NCBI GenBank assembly: GCA_030141605.1
Contig: JAQGDQ010000956.1
Coordinates: forward strand, 1-64,000
Length of the DNA: 64,000 bases
DNA from: Tubiluchus corallicola
Lineage: Eukaryota; Animalia; Priapulida
Direction of reading: 5' to 3'
The translations under genes and the position numbers were made by a program. Every line of letters begins with the position of its first letter. The stretch's first letter is position 1. The notes beneath the pieces are model-generated. The model did not search any database. It saw only the letters and a list, made by a program, of their open reading frames with translations, and was not told the origin of the DNA. Positions 57,413 through 64,000 of the stretch are shown here, one piece after another.

Positions 57413-58872
57413 CTGGCAAAATCTGCTATGAGATGATGGAAAAACGGAGAAAACTATTGAATAGATAAAAACAATGTGAATCACCTATTAGTACATTAGT
57501 TTTATCATTTAGATGTTCACAAATTCTGTGCTTTTTACGGTGTACAACTTACTTCCTGGTCTTAGTTGCAGGACGAGCTCCAATAGGTTTCCATAAGTTT
57601 CCATAAGGCGCCAATTTCTGAAAGTAATTCTTTAATTTTGAAATTTATCCTGAATAATAACACGTTGTATGTGTAATTGTTTAAGTGCACAGCAGTAATT
57701 GAATGAAACAAAGTAACTGCGTTATTTTCTTATCGAGACGTAAGAGTCTTGGATGCCAGCGAGTGTCTTCACGCAGAAAAACACCTTAGTTTTGCTTTAT
57801 CAAGTTTTCTAAGATTATTCCACCAAAGAGTACAGAATTTATCGATTTTGATAAAAAGCATTACTACTACTATTAAATTACTGACGTTTTATTGTATATA
57901 ATGCATATGCGAACGAAATGTTCCGGGGGTGGAAAGAGGCGGGAGGAGGGGGGTGGGTGGTGATCGTATGTACTGCAAAAGTAGATGCGCGTCCACCACC
58001 TCACGCAGACACCCAAGACCTACAATGACGTCATAAATTCAACTTCAAATTCAATCAACACAAGCTGTAGGTAGGTAATTGACTACACTTAATTAGTGCA
58101 CTATATAATAACGTACCATTATAATTTATTGTATTATTATACAAGGAAAATTCATTATTGGGAGTGAAGTGTGGACCGTGGGGGGGGGGTAGGATTTTGC
58201 AGTTGAGGAAGCCCTTAAAAACACCTTTGCCTTATAAACTACCCAGACCCGGCCGTGCTTAGTTCTACACTCTTTCTTTCATTGTTTTTGCTTAAACTAT
58301 ATGAAACGTCGGTCTCTTGTGGCTCAGAACTGAGTCCCTATTTGATGTCGTTGTATTATTTACACCTAAATGTTTAACAGGTTACACGAAAATAAACAGT
58401 AACCCACAAAGGATAGAAGCAGGTTGCTAAAACGCAAAGCGCAATTTATGTTTTGTTCTTTCATCTTTCCTTTTATTTGGCCTCGTAATTATACAAGTGC
58501 AAAATCAGGAAAATAAGTGAGGGGGGGGGCAAAAATAAAAGGGATGATATTAAGATGAAAAAGTGAATAATATGGAACGTGAGTTTTAACATGAGATAAA
58601 GGGAGGGGAAATATTAGTGGGACAAATACCGTGATTCGGACAGATGAAACCACCAGATGGGCCACCGAAACCAATTTTCAAGTAAATGTTCACCGTCCAA
58701 ACGCAAGTAGGATCATCTCTGCTAAAAGGCTAAACATGTCGTGAAATGGGGTAGTGTCCGACACGGGCAATGAGTTTTACGTTTTCCTAAAACCTGTTAA
58801 TTTACCTGGACGTTGTTTCAGTGTGGAAATGAATAAAGTTTCTGTTGGTTTTTCTATCATTGTTTTTTACTG

Positions 58873-59190
58873 ACACATCACATTGTTAATATTGATACAT
58901 TATATTGTTAATATCGACACATTACATTGTTAGTAACGAAACATCACATTGTCAATATTGATACATCACATTGTTAATACTGTACACATCACATTGTTAA
59001 TACTGTACACATCACATTGTTAATACTGACACACCACATTGTTAATATTGATACATCACATTGTTAATATTGATACATCACATTGTTAATATTGATACAT
59101 CACATTGTTAGTATTGATACATCACATTGCTAATATTGACACGTCACATTGTTAATATTGATACATCACATTGTTAATATTGACACTTGT
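58873..59190. repeat. 22-bp minisatellite (acatcacattgttaatattgat), ~14 copies
   Basis: Directly visible. Confidence 0.93.
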
Positions 59191-59882
59191 TAATAAGACA
59201 CAGTGTGTGTCTTACTACTAATTTTTGTATAATGCTGTCTTTTCGTTTTCTACTCTTGTTTTTATATGAAAGAAATTCTAAAATATACGTTTAAAATTCA
59301 TTCAATTATGGAAAATATGAATTTTATTATTCAATTTAATATATTTTAATGGGGAATGTTTTTATAGTTATTGGAACCCGTCATAATACCTAGGTATGCT
59401 TTTGAACCTCATCTCATCGCTTTTACGCGTATGAGATTACAGACGCGTCGGTTAAGAATTGACCACTTGATGGGCCAGAGAGTCAAAAGAAAGTAGATTA
59501 GCTGATGTGGGAGCATAGAAACAGAGGAACATATTTTATGTTCTTGTCCTTTAACTGGGTAAAAAAGAGCAAGTTATACTGATGTTGATTCTTGTACTGC
59601 TGTACCTGTGAAAAGAGACAGGTACGCTTGTAAAATTCGTGTTCATGTTTTAAACACACACGTTTAAGAATATTCGCCATTTTGTTCGTAGAAAGGCATT
59701 AAGTTGAGTTTGTTTATACATGTATATACAAGGAGCATCGTATTTTTGTATAGTTTCTTATTGTATTGTACTAATTCATAAGAACTTTCTTATCTGTTGT
59801 CAGGTACATGTGTACAGTTTTAATGTTTACTTTTGATGCGTAATTTTTGTGAACGTCAAATTTATTTGGACTTTTGACAATA

Positions 59883-60203
<321 letters not shown>

Positions 60204-60861
60204 TGCGATGTTGCTTCTCTGAAAGAGAATGTCAGCCTCCTACATTGATGCGGGGTGTGCAGATTTCCCGGCATATTTACCAAGCGGCTGCAAACATAAT
60301 TTATCTGACACAAGCCTGGCATTTGTCTTGTCCCGAGGAGTTATTTTTGGTGTCTTCTAGAGCGTACACACCTTTTCTAAACCGTCATATGACATAACAG
60401 TGTAAACAAATAACGTGTATGTCTTTACCCCGAGGTGTTTTCTATTCGTGTCGGGTCCTGACAGTGATGAACGACGTTCCGATTTGTAATATTGCACGTA
60501 GTTGAACAGCACTGAACCGCTTTACTTTTTTATTCTGCTGTAATGTTCAGCCGTGTTGGATATGTGCTTATTTTCGTACAGGCACAAACGTATTGGCACT
60601 TTCTTTATTATTGTACTAAATAGATGGACGCATGACAGATGACAGGTTTTTTTCATGCAAAAATTGAATAAAGACGGATATAATTGCATTTACAATAAAA
60701 AGACAATTAAAAACACATTAGCTGCAAACAACATGATGATAAAAAATATACTAACATCAAACAGAGAGCAATACTAATACAACCTACTCGTAGGAAATAC
60801 GCAATAAAAACACAGAACAATTATTAAAAAATCAAATATAAAACTAAAACTATCTAGATAG

Positions 60862-61358
<497 letters not shown>

Positions 61359-61750
61359 TTCGCCAGCATCATATTACTACCATTTAAAAGCCTTTTCATA
61401 TAGGGTATAGGTGAATAAAACATTCGGTTTGTTTTACGTGTATCATCAAGCAAGGTTTTCCTTTTTCTTAATTGCATCGAACATAAATGAACAGGTAATA
61501 AATAACAATGTCTTTTTGAATTTTTCACTTTAAGCGCGAGTTTTAAGACAAGGTCAGTGCGTCTTTGTAGCTTGTACACCGAGGGTCTACAATAATTTTG
61601 CAAACTCTTATTTGAACATGTTCTCTTTCATTGACCAATTCTTTTGAGATCGAAGAGTGTCAAAGGGGTATATATAATTCTAAATCAGGTCTAATGTACG
61701 TGCAATATATTTTTACAGAATCCATCAATCCAGTAATACAACGATTCGAA
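61359..61750 (-). mobile_element. Decayed 3' end of a CR1-group LINE whose tail is the (ATAG)n repeat
   Basis: The minus ORF ends [19 protein letters not shown], resembling the RT.R...SPIPY...LLN C-terminus of CR1/L2-group ORF2. AATAAA(TAGA)n follows directly. Confidence 0.65.
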
Positions 61751-62167
61751 AATGGTATAATGATAATAGTAGTGGTATAGTAATAGTATCTTGTATACCT
61801 AATATAGCTAATTAATATAAGCTTGAGATGCGTGAGTTATTTGGAAATATTTCATTTAATTTTCTGAATAAAATGTAATGATTTTTTTTAGAAATAATTA
61901 GACATAGTTTATTGGATACCTTCTTCAATATATTTACAGTAGAAAGTTTGTCGGTTCTTTTTCACTACTTCATATAGGCTTATATATTCATCACTCGAAA
62001 ATCATCTTTTGATTACTGATGTTCTTAGAGCACGTAAAGGAACCTACACAAAATTCCGCGTTAGCGCGCATAGACTTCAAAATGAACGTGGTTTACAAAT
62101 AATGATGGTTCAAAAATATTTATGATTATAAATAGTATAATAGTAATAATAATAAAAATAAAATAAA

Positions 62168-62214
<47 letters not shown>

Positions 62215-62259
62215 TAATAATAATAATAGTAATCTTTTATTTAAAGTCGGGTTTGGGTC

Positions 62260-62327
<68 letters not shown>

Positions 62328-62329
<2 letters not shown>

Positions 62330-62527
62330 AGGTGCTAGGACCCGTCTTACTAACAAATTGCGAAATGTATGTAACAGCGAAGAACCAGCCGCAGGAACAC
62401 GAAATGACTTTTGTGTGACAGTAATTCTTTCACGTAAGTCATTCTTCAAAAAATAGTACGTTCACTTTAAATATTTTAAAAAGTAGATTGTTTTGACCTA
62501 CAGTTTAACATTGGGTACTGTTTTCCT
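62328..62527 (+). mobile_element. Kolobok-like TTAA MITE, right-end fragment
   Basis: Matches the right third of the family and ends GTACTGTTTTCCT|TTAA. Confidence 0.8.
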
Positions 62528-62882
62528 TTAAACAACATGTATTAAAAGAGAGCGAGAAAATTAAAATATTACGAAACAAATGCTTTTAAAATTTTGATAA
62601 GAAATTGTAATGTAATGCTTTTAGATATATTCGCTACACATATTGCTAAATATACTACGTAGAAAATTAGTTTTAATAATTTAGAAAATGCTAAATTTTT
62701 TGTATGATTTTTTCATATTAAAAATATGAAATTTTGTGCAAAATACTTTGAGCTAAGCATCTCTCTTTAACACAAACTGCATTTTTCGAATGTCTGACAT
62801 GAATTATGCTATTGAATAAGTTCAATGAAATACATTATCGCATGATTAAATTCGTTTTACGTTATGTGTCTGGGTTTCATAT

Positions 62883-63116
62883 TTTTTGTGTGTTTTTATT
62901 ATAGATTTTAGACCATAAATAGATCATTATAATACAACATATAGAAACGGTCGTAAAGTGTTTGCAATAAAATATTATTTAATATATATATATATATATT
63001 TCTCTACGACCATAGAGAAAACTGTGTATGGAAGTACCTATGCACAGCCTGGTTCTATATGTTGTATTATAATGATCTATTTATGGTCTAAAATCTATAA
63101 TAAAAACACACAAAAA
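62883..63116. repeat. Perfect 64-bp inverted repeat with 106-bp spacer
   Basis: 62883-62946 is the exact reverse complement of 63053-63116. Confidence 0.92.
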
Positions 63117-63539
63117 TATATATATATATATATATAATGTTTATTTATTCTAAATTTTAAAAACGATTTATTGAAGGAGATTATCTGTAAAAATAGAAAC
63201 ACGCTGGCTTTTGTTTAGCAGCATGGCGACTGTTATTAAATCAAAAGTTAAGAAAAAGCAAAAATGTAAGGTACGGAAAATTTCTCAAATTGATTTAATA
63301 AAGTTCAAAAACCAAATAAGCAAACTGCGTAAAATGTATAAAAAATAGGTGTTTGAGCCAAAAATGAGGTCAATCCTGGGTACAGAAGGTATTAAAATTG
63401 TAGGTATAGAAGTATGCAAGTGGATATGTTATTCCGAGCATTCAAGGCATTTAAATACCTCAGCTATGGCATCTATAATTCTTGTCCAGTTGAACTTGCC
63501 TTGAACTAAGCTCACTTTTCTCCTTTGTATTAATTTGCA

Positions 63540-63540
63540 C

Positions 63541-63633
<93 letters not shown>

Positions 63634-63676
63634 TATTATTATTATTGTTATTATTGTTATTGTTATTATTATTATT

Positions 63677-63713
<37 letters not shown>

Positions 63714-63840
63714 ACATTATTATTATTATTATTATTATCATTGTGTGACAACATCCACTATGCAGTAGCCATAAGATATGAAGCTTTGCTTAATAATTTG
63801 TTACTTACCAGCAATGCAAACATCATCATCATCATCATCA

Positions 63841-63885
<45 letters not shown>
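63540..63885. repeat. (ATT)n/(ATC)n microsatellites
   Basis: Directly visible. Confidence 0.95.
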
Positions 63886-63886
<1 letters not shown>

Positions 63887-64000
63887 ACGAACTTTTTTGT
63901 TATTAAAGTAAATTTATGGTGACTTTTTTTAGTTTTGCTTTAATCTGATTATAGTTTTTGTTAATTTATCTTATCTAACCTGCTGCGTTTTAATTCTGAA

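Noticed and set aside
59498-59680. 60-aa minus-strand ORF with good start context and a THAP-like RVCLKH
   Set aside because: Too short and lacking the other THAP residues. At best a decayed transposon fragment.

Overview
AT-rich, repeat-dense animal genomic DNA. It contains one recognisable host gene, a posterior Hox gene of the ecdysozoan Abdominal-B type on the + strand. The gene has two coding exons (6410-7004 and 28278-28564) joined by a phase-1 GT-AG intron of 21,273 bp, giving a predicted 293-aa protein with an uninterrupted homeobox preceded by the NPLEWT motif. The rest of the window is non-coding. It holds many non-autonomous DNA transposons (TTAA-flanked Kolobok-like and piggyBac-like MITEs, short-TIR MITEs, a foldback-like element), tRNA-derived SINEs, decayed LINE 3' ends, a probable solo LTR, and many mini- and microsatellites. 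Several CpG-richer unique islands look cis-regulatory. The most interesting leads are a candidate promoter and first exon of a + strand non-coding or micropeptide transcript about 25 kb downstream of Abd-B (positionally like Drosophila iab-8/msa), a MITE 89 bp after the Abd-B stop codon, and clusters of posterior-Hox/Cdx motifs. No abd-A and no mir-iab-4/8 hairpin were seen. All coordinates were read by eye and no database search was run. Nearly all other ORFs in the track are repeat artefacts.
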